Part shown: positions 34,820 to 46,330 of the stretch, in pieces
Layout: every line of letters begins with the position of its first letter
How positions within the stretch are numbered: position 1 is the stretch's first letter
DNA from: Cyanophora paradoxa CCMP329
Taxonomy: Eukaryota > Plantae > Glaucophyta
NCBI GenBank assembly: GCA_004431415.1
Contig: QPMI01000502.1
Location: forward strand, 202,771-266,770
DNA: 64,000 nt
Reading direction: 5' to 3'
The notes under the pieces: generated by a model
The model's input: the letters and a program-made list of their open reading frames with translations, nothing else
Told to the model about the DNA's origin: nothing
Database searches by the model: none
Position numbers and translations under genes: made by a program

Positions 34820-36634
34820 CTACTGCTGGCCGGCGCCGTGCTCGGGGGGCCACGAGGGGAAGGCGGGGGAGGCGTCGGGGAGGGAGGCGGGGGGGAAGCG
34901 CCAGGGGGCGGGCGGGGCGCAGAAGGGGTGCTGGGGCAGCGGGGCGAGGGGCTGGAGGGCGCCGAGGGCGAGGGGCGCCTCGAACCCGAAGCCGGCGCCC
35001 ATGGGGGAGAGAGCCGAGGGGGGCAGGCCGTACACGCCCGCCCCGAAGGCGTCCTCCATGGCGAGGAAGCCCGCCGCGCCGCCCGAGGCGCGGCGGGCCG
35101 AGAGGTCGAGGCCCTGCAGCGCCGGCGTGGGGGGCGGCGCCGCGATCGAGGCGCACCGGCTGGGGAGCGACATGCGCCCGAAGGCGGCGGTGGCGGCGGC
35201 AGCGGCGGCGGCCGAGTGGACGGAAGAGGCGGAGGAGGCGTGGCGGCTGCTGGGGGCCGAGGAGAGGGGCGTCGAGGCCCCCGAGCACGAGGCTATCGAC
35301 GAGGCCGAGGCCGGCGCCAGCAGCGGGCCCCCCAACGGCCACCCGCTGCCCGCCCCCACGGGGATCAGCGCGTACGCCGGCCCCGCCTCGCCGTCGAAGC
35401 CGAACGCGGCCGGGCCGCCGGCGTGCGCGTGGCGGGTCTCGTAGTCGGGGATGGCGTGGCGGCCGGGGGGCACGGGGTCGTCGGGGATGCCCTCCCACGG
35501 CTCCCCCTTGAGGGGCGCCAGGCCATGCACGTCCATGGACATCGCGCGCCCGCGCCCCGCCCCGGCGACCGCCGCCGCCGCCGCCTCCTCCGAGGTCCCC
35601 GCCCACGACATCCGCCGCCGCTTCATCGAGATCTCTGCGCGCCGCCCGGTCGGACCCCGCCCCGGGGGGCCGGCGTGCCGGCGGGGTGCGCACCCATCGG
35701 GACGGTCTGCGGGCTGAGGCCCGAGGGGCCCGGCGAGGTCGCCCCCGGGGGCGTCCCGGGGGAGGCCTCGGGGTCCGAGGGGGACCCCGAGGGGGAGCTC
35801 TCCCCGCCCGAACCCTCGGGCCGCGGCCGGCCCTTGGCCGCCTCGGGCCAGGGCGAGGCCGAGCCGTTCGGGGGCCGGCCCCGCCGCTCCTTCTTCCGCC
35901 GCTGCTCGTGCGTGACGTTCCCTGCGGGGGCGTCAGCGCCCGGCGCCGGGGCCGGGGCGGGGCGGGCGGCGCGCATTTGAAGTCCGGGTGGCGCTCGAGG
36001 AACTCGGTGCGGACGGCCCTGGCCAGCTCCTCGTACCGCCCCTTCGTCTCCTTGCCCAGCGACCGCCACTGCCGCTCCCGCGCGTCACGCCCCGCCCCGC
36101 CCGCGCCCGCCCCGCGCCGCGGCCGGGCCGCACCTTCTCCCCTAGGAGCCGGGAGATCTGTGCGTTGTTCAGCTCCTTGTTCTCCTGCGCGCGGGGGCGT
36201 GAGACAGGGGCCGGGCCGGGCGCGCATGGTCGGGGCACCTCCTGCAGGATCTTGCGAAACTGGTTGGAGAAGATGAGGAACGAGTTCACGGGGCGCGGCT
36301 GCGCGTGGCGAGCACTCAGCGCCGGCTGCCCATCAGAGCGCCGCAGGCGCCGCGAGCGCACTGGCTGCTTGAGTGGGCCCTTCGAGTCGGGGACTTCCGC
36401 GCTGGAGACGGCGATGTAGGGGGCCGGGGGCGCGCCGGGGACCCCGTACGGCTGCCCGAAGGCGCCGGCCGGGGCGGCTGCGTTGAGCGGGAAAGCGGCG
36501 GGTCCCTGCCAGACGGCGTAGCCATGCTGGTGCGGTGGATGCGCGGGGGCGTCGGGCTCGTCGCGCGCGGCGTCGGGGCGCTCCCCGCGGGGCCTCCCGG
36601 GGCGCTCGTCGCTGAAGCGCGGGTCGGGGTCCAT
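34820..36634 (-). CDS. Sequence-specific HMG-box transcription factor (SOX/TCF/MATA_HMG type)
   Basis: Spliced exons give PRPVNSFLIFSNQFRKILQE|ENKELNNAQISRLLGEK|WRSLGKETKGRYEELARAVRTEFLERHPDFK, then basic RRKKERRGRP and a Pro/Ala/Ser-rich tail. Stop at 34820. The true start may lie in an upstream exon. Confidence 0.88.
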
Positions 36635-37140
36635 GTCCAGCTCCGTCGCCTCGTCGTCGAAGGCGAACGCCGCGCCACCGAGGTGAAGGACCGCGGTCGC
36701 CGTTTTGAGAGCGGTGCTCGAAAGCGGAGGGGAGCGCCCTCCGGGATGCAGCGCGCGTTGCCTGTGCTTGACGTGTCTGCCTTCCGGCCGGACAGCGCGT
36801 CTGCCGTACGCGCGCTCACGCGGCCCGCAGCCGGACGAAGCGGCAGCGACGATCTGGAATCCACGAGCTCGTGAGCCCTTGGCCTCACACGTCTACAGGC
36901 AGATGGCTTGCCGGCGCAGCTGCTGGAAAGTCGACGAGTTCTGGATGCTTCAGAAGCTGACAGGCTTCGGAAGGATGATCAGACAACGCGCGGTCGGCCG
37001 TCGGCTGATGGAGGAGCTCGAGGCGACGTTACTACGGTTACGGAGGCGTCGAGTCTGTCGGCTACCAGCCTGGTAGCCTGCAGGGTTCTGCTTCCTCTAG
37101 CCTGGCTCTAGCTGTAGCCTATGGACTTTCCTATGTAGAC

Positions 37141-37644
37141 CAGTGATGGCATTTTTTCTAGAAACTTTTCTAAAAACAATTTCGAAATCAATTTCGAAAT
37201 TGTTTCCGAAAAGGTCCCGAGAGACCCCCTAATTAGGAATTGTTTCTATTTAAGGGGGGGTACCCTCGTTTTGCCACATTCTGCGCGAAACACGGCGAAA
37301 CAACGCATTAGAATGATAGAAAACGTGAAAGAAAGCTTAAATAACACGATAGGAGTCTATCTGAGATGTCTAGATCCGGAACTCAGCCGCCAACATGGCT
37401 GACAGGGGGTACGAGTAGTGAATTTCCCTTTTGGAATGTCGCATGTTCTGATGATCTAGAAGACACAAACTGGACAGTTTTCATTAAGGAAAGCATCAGA
37501 AGGTTAAAGGGAGCGTCAGGCATTAGCAGAAGGGCCCTCGCGAGGGGCCCCTGATTTCGGAAATATTTCGGAGATATTTCCGAAATATTTCCGAAATGTT
37601 TCCGAAATGGTCGTTTTTTGGAGAAATTCGGAATACCATGACTG
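37141..37644. mobile_element. hAT-type MITE (504 bp) with 8-bp TSD
   Basis: Ends CAGTGATGGCATT.. and ..AATACCATGACTG (imperfect TIR). Exact ATGTAGAC at 37133-37140 and 37645-37652. Subterminal TTTC(C)GAAA repeats. Confidence 0.92.
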
Positions 37645-37742
37645 ATGTAGACCCAGACAAAGCTTTACTAAGTTAACTTGTAACTTAGTAACGTAAGTTG
37701 TAACCTGTAAGCGAGTACGCCGAGTACTAGGGTTTACGCGGG

Positions 37743-37999
37743 CGGTGACACTTAATTAATGCGCCAGTAATTAATGCGTTTTTGGACCCAGACCCCTATA
37801 TGCATATTAATGCGGCACCGAATTAATGCGTTTTGCAGCTTTTTGCCTGCGGTTGGGGGGTACATTACCGTACATACAGCAGTTTCTATAGCGTTTCGAT
37901 ATTAATGCGGTCCCAAATTAATGCGTTTTGCCAGTGGAAAACGCATTAATTTGGGACCGCATTACTTAAGTGCGCGCATTACTTAAGTGTTACACGGTA
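37743..37999. mobile_element. Small MITE-like element built of ATTAATGCG repeats with an internal perfect 27-bp inverted repeat
   Basis: ACACTTAATTAATGCGC near 37748 versus GCGCATTACTTAAGTGT near 37974-37990. Right end ..ACACGG|TA. Hairpin arms at 37903-37929 and 37938-37964. Confidence 0.65.
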
Positions 38000-39420
38000 G
38001 CTGCAGCCTGCAGACTCTGCCGATCACTGATGAGACTCATGCCATGATGAGAGCGCGCCGGCATGGGCCGGCGTGGCACCGTTTCAAAGTGTTTGCCGCC
38101 GCCGGCGTACGGTCAGTGGCGCAGTGGGTCACCGGCCCGAAACCGGGTACTAGGGTTAGTAGGGTAGCGAGCCTCGGAGTCGTAGGCTCGTAGCGAGTCG
38201 CGCGAGGCCGGCCGGCGCTCTCGCCGAGTCGAGTCGACTCGCCGAGTCCGACGGTCGACTCGGCGATCGCGAGCCTGCGGCTCGCCGCTCCAGGCTCGCG
38301 CGCGCGCGCGCGCGGGGCCGATCGCTGCGAATGTGCGACGCTGCATGTATGCGCAGCGGTAACGTTAACGTTATGAAAATGGCGAGTAACTTAAGCTTAG
38401 TAACTTACTAAGTTAAGTAACAGAGCGATTCAAAATGACGCAGTCTCGGAGGGTAAAGGGCCAATGCGCCTGCGACATCTGGCTTGATCTCCGCCGTTCG
38501 TCTTGGATGATTGTAACTAGAAGGTTTCGACTCTAACTTTCGAGTCTTTCCTACTCTTTCGACTTGAACCTACAGGTGTCAAAAAAGTTTAATGGCTATA
38601 GACGAAATAGGTGAATGCTATTCCAGTGATAATTGTTTTAACAGAGAACTCTTGCGACGTCGACCGAACCGAACGGGTGCCGCACGTGCATGCGCATACG
38701 GGTGCGCCCGCGGACTCCGGGATCCGGCCCGCGGCCTGGCGCGGCAGTCAGTGCTGTCATTATACCGTGTGACACTCCATTATGACGGTCAAATTTATGT
38801 CGTTATAAAACAAGCCCACACTCACGTGTGGTAAGCCCTGCCAATGCATGCCTGCTCCCTCATGATCAGCCTCCCTGGGACGCTGTCTCAGAGAGTCTGT
38901 CTTAGCGTGAATGAGGCTTAGTGGGCTGCGCTCGGTAGGCGTAGACCTGGCCCTGCACCGTACTACGGTAGGCTGCACGCCGCTCCGGATCCGCCGCCTC
39001 CGTGCCTAGGCCTGCGGGTCCGCCCCAGGCCCCGCCCGAGGAGGGGGTAGACAGGCCGGTAACTAGAGAGTTCTATAGCGCCAGAAGTATATGATATGCA
39101 TGTGCCTTGTGTCTACGCATAGCGGGGCGACGGGGGCACCTCAGAAGCAATGAATGTGGTCTCGTGCATGTGAAATGGCCGCAGCGCACGCTCAGGGACG
39201 CGGCCGTGCAAGTCGCGTTCTGCATATAGATGTAGCTAGCATGGGGCGGGCGGCACTGCACGCAGGGGTGGCGCACGTCGATTCTGTGCGGCCCCAGGGA
39301 CGGCGCAAGGTCTATACGCATCGTGGTGCATGCCAGTGCAGGCGCGAATTCCGAAGCAGGACGAGTGCGCGTCGGTTCGGTACCGTAGTACGTACCCCCC
39401 ACTCTAATAGCTGCAAGAGC

Positions 39421-41712
39421 ATGGTGCGCCCCAGCGGGCTGGACGAGCTTTTAGCTTCTCGACTTCGCGAGCTCGTAAATGTTCAGAAGCTTCGCGTTCC
39501 AGCGATGCTGGTAGCTTTGCGGACGGATCCGGAGCAGCCCATTAAGCTGTCTCGGACGACACTGCGTTCCTACCTGCGGCAGTTAGGCTTGTCGACTTGG
39601 CATTGGGTTTCGAAATCCGAATTGGAGAAGCACGTGCGCGCAGCCTCGAGCTCGGAGCTTCGCGGCGGCAACTGCGGCAAATCTGTGTATGGGACGCTGC
39701 GTGCAGCGAATCACGGGAAGCTTTTCGCTGGACAAAAGCGCATCAAAAAAGCTCTAGCGAAAGTCGATCCAAAAGGGCGCGACCAGCGCCTCCTGCAGTT
39801 CGGCAAGCGGAGCCGGTGGGTGATTCCGCGCGCCCCCTACTTCGGTCCCTACGTCGGATGGAGCATGGGAATCGACCAGGCAAGCGTCTGTGGACGCGGT
39901 GCGCGCGGAATGTGAAGCATGAACTGATGTCGCGCGAACGCGCTCACACAGAATGAGAAGATGCTGACGTGGCTGGGCGTGTGGATTGAGAACGCCATCG
40001 ACAACTCGTCCTCCATCGTCATGGCCACTCGAGTCTTCCAGTCGCGTTCTACAAAGCAGGGGCTTGAGATCTACTAGTGCGCATCCACCGCCCCATGGCC
40101 ATTACAAACTGTTGCTCTTAAAATTAATATTGATGCCCCATGGTCACTTGCAGTTCGGCACTCCGCAATTACGGGGTCCCCGAACAGCTCAGCTGCGATT
40201 CAGGGTGCGAGAACAGGCTTCTTCGTACCGCGCACGTGCGCCGCATGTCCAGTCGCACCCCCACACATTTCTGCAGTCTTACTTGAATTTTCACAGGCAT
40301 ATGTGATTGAGAAGACAAATGCAGCTCTCGATCTACTGAATGCCGACCCAGCATGGGTTGCTGAGCACGGCATCATTCAGCCCATTGACCTTTCTGCTCA
40401 GCGAGCACAGTACAACCTACACTACGACAGGGAGCCCGTGTGGGAAGGGGAGTCCTTCCGAAACGTCGTCGCTGAGCGGTACTGGCGGTGCGGTCGCGGC
40501 GGCAGTCCCGCTTGGAAAATTAAACGTTTTAAAATACAAAAATGGCTATGGTAATGATTTAGATTATATGAGAATGCAACCTAAGACGGCGCTACGAAAT
40601 CTGCAACGCTTGTGCAACGCAACGACCAACCCTTGCAGCAACGCTTGAGCAACACTTGCGTTGCACTTTCGTTGCCAATTGCGTAGCACTTGCGTTGCAC
40701 TTGCGTTGCACAATTACGTTGACATTTGCGTAACACTTGCGTTGCACTTGCGTTGCACAATTGCGCTGACAATTGCGTTACGACAGGCAACCAAACATGA
40801 ACGCTGCAGCGCACCTCACTCGAGCTGCAGAGATGCTTTTCAAGATGGGCATGTACCGGATGTGCGGATCGAGCTGCGAAATTATCTGCAATGTAAATAG
40901 TGTTCAGAATCTCACATGCCACTGCGCAGGAACGACCCTCTGATGTACTTCTCCATGTCGAAAGCGGCCATCTTTCTGCTCGAATTCGGGCTTGAGCTTG
41001 AGCGGGTCAGCTGGAACGAGCATGTCAACACAGGGAGCAAGGAGACGGGTCAAAGGGGCCGTCCCAACAAATGGTAGTTATAATTGAAATGCACATGTAT
41101 AATTATGGTGCGCTTAAAACCGGCTAAATTTGGAATTCGCAGGCTCGAAAGGCCAGGTCTTAACCGCCTTCGGCCTCTGCTTATCCGTCTTCCATCGTAC
41201 GAGGAGATGCTGGAGCTTCATTTCGAAAAGAACCCGAGATCCAAGATTGTGGGGACAGACTCGGATCCCCGCCTTCGGGATCCTGTTGCTCCGCAATTCA
41301 GGTGCGATAAATATTGAGAATAGCCGCAGTCTCTCCAGCTTGTATAATAAATCCGGTTTCTGACTGGTTCCATTCCCGATCCATGGCCAGGGCGACTCGA
41401 GATGCTTTTTTCGACGCATCGTTCCCAGACAGGCAGGAGATGTGGAAGCGGGCGGTGAATTTTGGAAGAGATACTACAAAAGAAGATGCACCTGGAGTAG
41501 AGTACGCGCGGTCACCTCTATCGGGGCTGCCCCTGCTGTTTTGCACGCAGTTAACTTTGAATTCTGAATTGCTGTCAAGATCTAGATATCCAGATGCAGC
41601 AGAAGGATGGTTGGAGTGGATGGCAGCAGCTCCCGCGAACGACCTGGCAGCGCGCACTATGCGCGAACACGTGACCTATTTCTTTTTCAATGCATCAGCC
41701 TGGCAGTATTGA
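39421..41712 (+). CDS. Spliced DDE transposase/integrase, IS3EU-like (N-terminal HTH plus integrase core)
   Basis: Exons join in consistent phase: LSRTTLRSYLRQLGL..VDPKGRDQRL..WSMGIDQ|NEKM..IENAIDNSS..Y|YSALRNYGVPEQLSCDSGCEN..|..SFRNVVAERYW|R..SWNEHV..GRPNK|W..WQY*. D-D-E triad in IDQ, SCD and AER. First intron 39880-39951 is GC-AG. Confidence 0.8.
40600..40785 (+). repeat. ~11-bp-period CACTTGCGTTG tract inside a transposase intron
   Basis: cacttgcgttgcactttcgttgccaattgcgtagcacttgcgttgcacttgcgttgcac... Related tracts at ~41945-42035 and ~43650-43775. Confidence 0.8.
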
Positions 41713-42083
41713 AGAATCTCATGTATGAGTAAATTTAGTTCTAGTAGATCCGGTAGATCCAGATATAATGCACTAGTTCGAAATGCAGTGTACTTTGTAG
41801 TATACAACAAGAGAAATATCTGGACATGGAAGCGCATATACACCAGGGGCAGCACGTGGGGCACATGCATGGGCACATAGATAATACTAATCGCAGACCA
41901 AGGTCATTGCTGATGTCCTTCCATGGTCCTTAGAGGACATACATTTGTGTTACGCAATCCGCAACACATGCGTTGGGATTGCGTAACGCATGCGTTGCGG
42001 ATGCGTTGTGTGCTAGGTTGGAGGTTTCAACGCATGCTTAATGAAACGAAGCGGAAGCTTACATTTGTTATACAGGGATTTAG

Positions 42084-42450
42084 AATCTATGCGATAAGTT
42101 GGGTGCGCCGGGTGCGAGGCACGAGGTCTGCCTCGAGGTAATCAGGGGGGCCACATGAGGGGTTGGGCCTGCGGAACCGCTGCCTGTCACCCCATGGTGG
42201 GCCCCACGCCTGAATCGGGCAGTCGAGAAACAATATGCTACAAACAAGGATCCATAATCTATAAGATGAGCTGGGGTCGCCGGGTACGAGGCACGAGGTC
42301 CGCCTCGAGGTAGCGGGGGGGGGCCACCTGAGGGGATGAGCCCACGGAACCGCGGCCTTTCACCCAAGGGCGGGCCTCGTGCCTGAATCGAAGCACTGCC
42401 AAAGAACAATTATTACACTGGGATTCAAAATCTATGAGATGAGCCGGGGG
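42084..42450 (+). repeat. ~173-bp tandem repeat, about 2.1 diverged copies
   Basis: AATCTAT..GAT(A/G)AG starts recur at ~42084, ~42256 and ~42429. Shared CGAGGCACGAGGTC(T/C)GCCTCGAGGTA and GCCTGAATCG. Confidence 0.85.
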
Positions 42451-42849
42451 CGCTGGGCGCCAGGAGGATGGCCAGAGCAAGACGAGGGTGCCATGTGCCA
42501 CCCACAGCAGGTTCCATTGTAAACTGAATATCTTTGGATAGAAAGTAGTTATATTCTGTCGGAGGGTATCATGAGAACGGCAATAAAAAGAGCTTTCAGG
42601 ATATATAAAAAAGTTGGGACTCGCAAATTAATCTATCCCGGAAAAGGCCGCCGAAACGTCTGACGAGCTCACAAACCTGAAAACTAAACCTCACCCGAAA
42701 CTGTCATCATGAAAACTGACCAACGTGGTTGACTTCAGTACCACTGTTGAACATAATGTATATTGCATTAAAGGCTTAAACATGCCTCATTTGTCACTCA
42801 TAGACCAGCTCGGGTTTGGCACCGTCCGTGAATGCAACCTTTGCAGAAT

Positions 42850-45365
42850 CAATTAGCACATATATAGGGTATATAAATAAATACATTATGAAAGCACGTT
42901 GGTCGGCTTGTCAAAGACAACTGTCGAGATGTCGACACCATCACACTCTGTGAATTTCTGCAGGTCGACAAAGATGTGTTGGGAGTCGCCAGTATAATTG
43001 AGCCATTCCGATATATCTGATTCCAGTCAAGGACCGAGAACGCATGCAAAACGCATTGGAAAACATCTCTAATACCGGATTTGGAGCATGTTGTCATAGT
43101 CAGCTGTGCTCCCCACACCACTCCGTCTGCTCGTGTCTTCTTCTTGACGTTCTTCGGTGTGTAGTTGGGGGCGTAAATCGCCGCGATGGCCACAGCTCCA
43201 AGAACTCTTGACAGTTCCAGCACGCGGAGCTCGTCTGTGATTTTCTCTGCACCAATAATATTCAGATGAGGAGAATTCCGTTCCTTCTAGTAAGCGGGCG
43301 GATACCAATGACAAAATCGAGGATCTCTCCGTCATTCTTCGACTCATACCCAGTCACATTGACACAGAACGACGTCTCAGGAGCCGACGTCAAAGCGAAT
43401 CGAAGCATGGATGCTCCGGAATGAGTCCTGTCCGCCTTCCCGAACTTCTCGCTGGCTTCGTTCTGCATCTTGATGATGGCCTGCTTTGCGGCGAGCGTGC
43501 AGATGATAATCGTTTTCTGTTTTGCAGCAATTTTTGATCCCCATGCAGACCAGGTGCAGACGCATACATAGCGCACCTGCTGCGGGCCCTTACCCGCCTC
43601 ATTCTCGAACGCTACGTTGCGGAGGTCCCGCAGCGTCGCGTTCTACGCGAGCGGAACGCAAGCGCAACGCAAGGTCAACGCAAGCGTAATGCAAGGTGTA
43701 ACACAATTCCAACGCTTGCGTTGGAGCTCATGTGTTACACACTTGCAATGCATGCGTTGCGCATGCGTTGGAATACAGAATTATGTGTTGAGACGCACCG
43801 GTTCGAAAAAGTCGACGTACTTATGTGGCTTGTTATCGATTTTCTTGCGCTCGATCCAGCCGGCAACAAGAGTTTGAAGCTTGCCACCTCCCAGCAAGAA
43901 ATCTGGGGCTTCGATTAACATGCAATCGCTTGATCTTCGCTTGCATGCCCTGCACCTGGATACGACGGTTCTCCAGGCTGCAGAGGCTTCGAGCATGCGT
44001 CCCGATGGTTTGAGAACCGGATACTGATCGTGTTCACAATTGTGCCCATAAATTGCGGCCCGTAGACCAGGGACTCGTTGTCTACTGTCGAAACTGCGAT
44101 TGTTTAATTTCGATTGATCATGAGGAGCTCAAGAGAGGGAACTGCAGCTCACTAAAAATTCGACTTTACGCACCCTGGATAGCTGGAGAGAGCTTCATCG
44201 AGAGTGGATCGTGTCGTTCGATCCCATTTGCATCCAGGAAACCCCAGGCGACGCTCTTTACTTGGGCTCCGCTGCCGAAGCTGTCTGATTTCGACTGAGT
44301 GCCTCCCCTCTGGGACATTGGGGCAGGGGGGACCGTAGCTCCCCGTGCAGGAGCCTGCGATGGAGGGGGCCCGCGTTACTGGAAGCGTGGCGTAGCACAC
44401 ACGTTCAGCACCTCGGTGAAGGGGTTGGTGTTGGACGGGCTCGAGCCCCCCCCACCGCCACCTAGGCTGGCCGCCAGCTCCCGCAGCTGCTCCATCGTCA
44501 TCGGGGCTCCCGGGTCCCTCAACGCGTTGATCCGATTGAGGATCGCCCCCATCCCGTAGTTCACGCCAGTTCCACCTGGCGTGCGCACACATCCGATGAT
44601 CAGATCTAAAGCAGCGCTTAAGCTTTCGGAAGTCACTCGGTGCGACTTGCCTGACCCGGCGTGAGTGCGCAAGTTCTTGAGCATGTCCACGAGTTCGGGC
44701 GTAATGCCGGATGCCCCAGCAGCAGCGGCCGCGGCCGCAGCTGGAGGTGGCGGCGAGGCATGTGCATTCGCCCCGCCAGCAGCTGTCTGCGACGCGCTCA
44801 CATTAGCTCGGTAAAGGACTTGGTCGCCGATCCGCGCCGAGCCGAGGGGTCGCGCGCGGAGCGCGCGACCCCGAGGGGAGGTCAATCAACGTTAACGTTG
44901 AAGGCATCAAGGCATCTTCGAATTGACTCTGAAGCTCGCGATGGGCGGCGCGCGGTGCGGCTCGCCGGGCGGGGCGGAGGCGCGGCAGCGATCGGCCGCC
45001 CGCGGCTATATGTATGGGGCCGGCGACCTGCGCTGCGCCCGCGCAGATGATCGTCGGTCGTGTGAGTGCACGCCCGCGTCGCGGCCGTGGGCGTCGCGGC
45101 CGCACAGATGCTTGGATTCCTGGCGAGGCGACGTGCTTCTGAGCACTCGGGCGGCCCGGGGCCTCCCAACCCCCGCCGCAGCGGACTCCGCGCGCGCACG
45201 CGCCAGCTGGAGGAGGTATCTCTCGGCCGAGGAGCACAGGTCGCCGGCTGCGGCCGGCAATGCTGTGCGCCCGCCGGTTTTCACCCGGGCTCTCACGGGC
45301 TCCGGTTTCCGGCCCTCGCTGGGGTTAGTCGGCCTTGCTCTCTTAGTGCGCTTCTTCCCTGCCAA
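42850..45365 (-). CDS. Multi-exon gene of unknown function convergent with the transposase (probable second gene of the element); ends uncertain, possible frameshift near 43930
   Basis: Protein-like exons bounded by GT..AG: ITPELVDMLKNLR..FTEVLN|APARG..VKSVAWGFLDANGIERHDPL..|..KYVDFFEP|NATLRDLRNVAFENE..|AIIKMQNEASEKF..LDFVI|EKITDELRVLELSRVLGAV. Same moderate GC as the transposase. Confidence 0.5.
44847..44920 (+). repeat. 74-bp exact direct repeat, copy 1
   Basis: gggtcgcgcgcggagcgcgcgaccccgaggggaggtcaatcaacgttaacgttgaaggcatcaaggcatcttcg, identical to 45669-45742. Confidence 0.95.
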
Positions 45366-45668
45366 ATTGAGGGCTATAGTTCAGGCTCAGCCACTTCGAC
45401 CTCATCCTCGCTTATACATCGGTCCTCTCTGTAGGCGCCCTTGTCCTGAGGGGGGTTATAGTAGCTCTGCTCTGCTTCGGCTCTCTAGGCAGGTGTAGGC
45501 AGTGTTTCTAGGCAGGTATAGGCCCCTTTCTCCAGTACAATAGCTCCACCCGGTCCGATGTCCGAAAGGCTTGTTCCCGTAGGCTCATCTCTCGACTTGA
45601 CACAGATGGACACTGCAGTCATATCCCTAGCCATTTGTCTCGGTGTGTGCGAATTCATTTGTTGGTAA

Positions 45669-45742
45669 GGGTCGCGCGCGGAGCGCGCGACCCCGAGGGG
45701 AGGTCAATCAACGTTAACGTTGAAGGCATCAAGGCATCTTCG
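45669..45742 (+). repeat. 74-bp exact direct repeat, copy 2
   Basis: Identical to 44847-44920. Confidence 0.95.
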
Positions 45743-46330
45743 TATTCAAGCTCGCGATCGCCGATCGCGAGTCGCGTATACGTACGAGTACTATAGCTAG
45801 CTTTCACTGCGTTCGCCCCCACTTGCCACCGGCAAGAGGGCACTTGTACCATATGGTATACGTATGGCTGCCACGGCAGCCTTGCTTACAGCAAGCTAAG
45901 CACAACATGTCTTGTCATGAAGTGAAGGTCTAGATTCGCGCTTGCCAAAGCCGCGAAGCTAAGATCATGACTCGCTCGCTCACAAGAAGGGCAAGCTGCA
46001 ACTGCGCTCGAGGACATCAGCTAGCGCACGCTGCAGAGTGAGTCTTGCGGACGTAGAATGATTGAACATTAGTGATCAATTGTTGATCAATTATTCATCA
46101 AAAGATATCAATGGTTGGCACTAACAATGGCTTAAAGATGACTGAAGGCATAGTAAACAATGGGCATTGCTAACACACATTGAAAGCGGCTAAGCAAAGC
46201 CGCTCGAGCGGCTAGGGAACAAGCCGCTCAGCAAGTTACACAGCTTGCCCTCGCTTGTGAGCGAGGGAGACAAGCGCCGACAGCACAGCAAAGGCGCACA
46301 ACTGCGAAGCAAGACTCTAAGACTAGACAA

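Larger units (their letters stand above)
39421..45365. mobile_element. Putative two-gene IS3EU-like DNA transposon (termini not identified; likely extends beyond these coordinates)
   Basis: ~50-55% GC island holding a DDE transposase and a convergent second gene, with GCGTTGC/GCAACGC repeat tracts shared between introns of both genes. Confidence 0.6.

Noticed and set aside
42850-43650. HECT-like domain in the transposase partner gene
   Set aside because: Only vague similarity (FENEAGKGP, LSTC), insufficient without a profile search.
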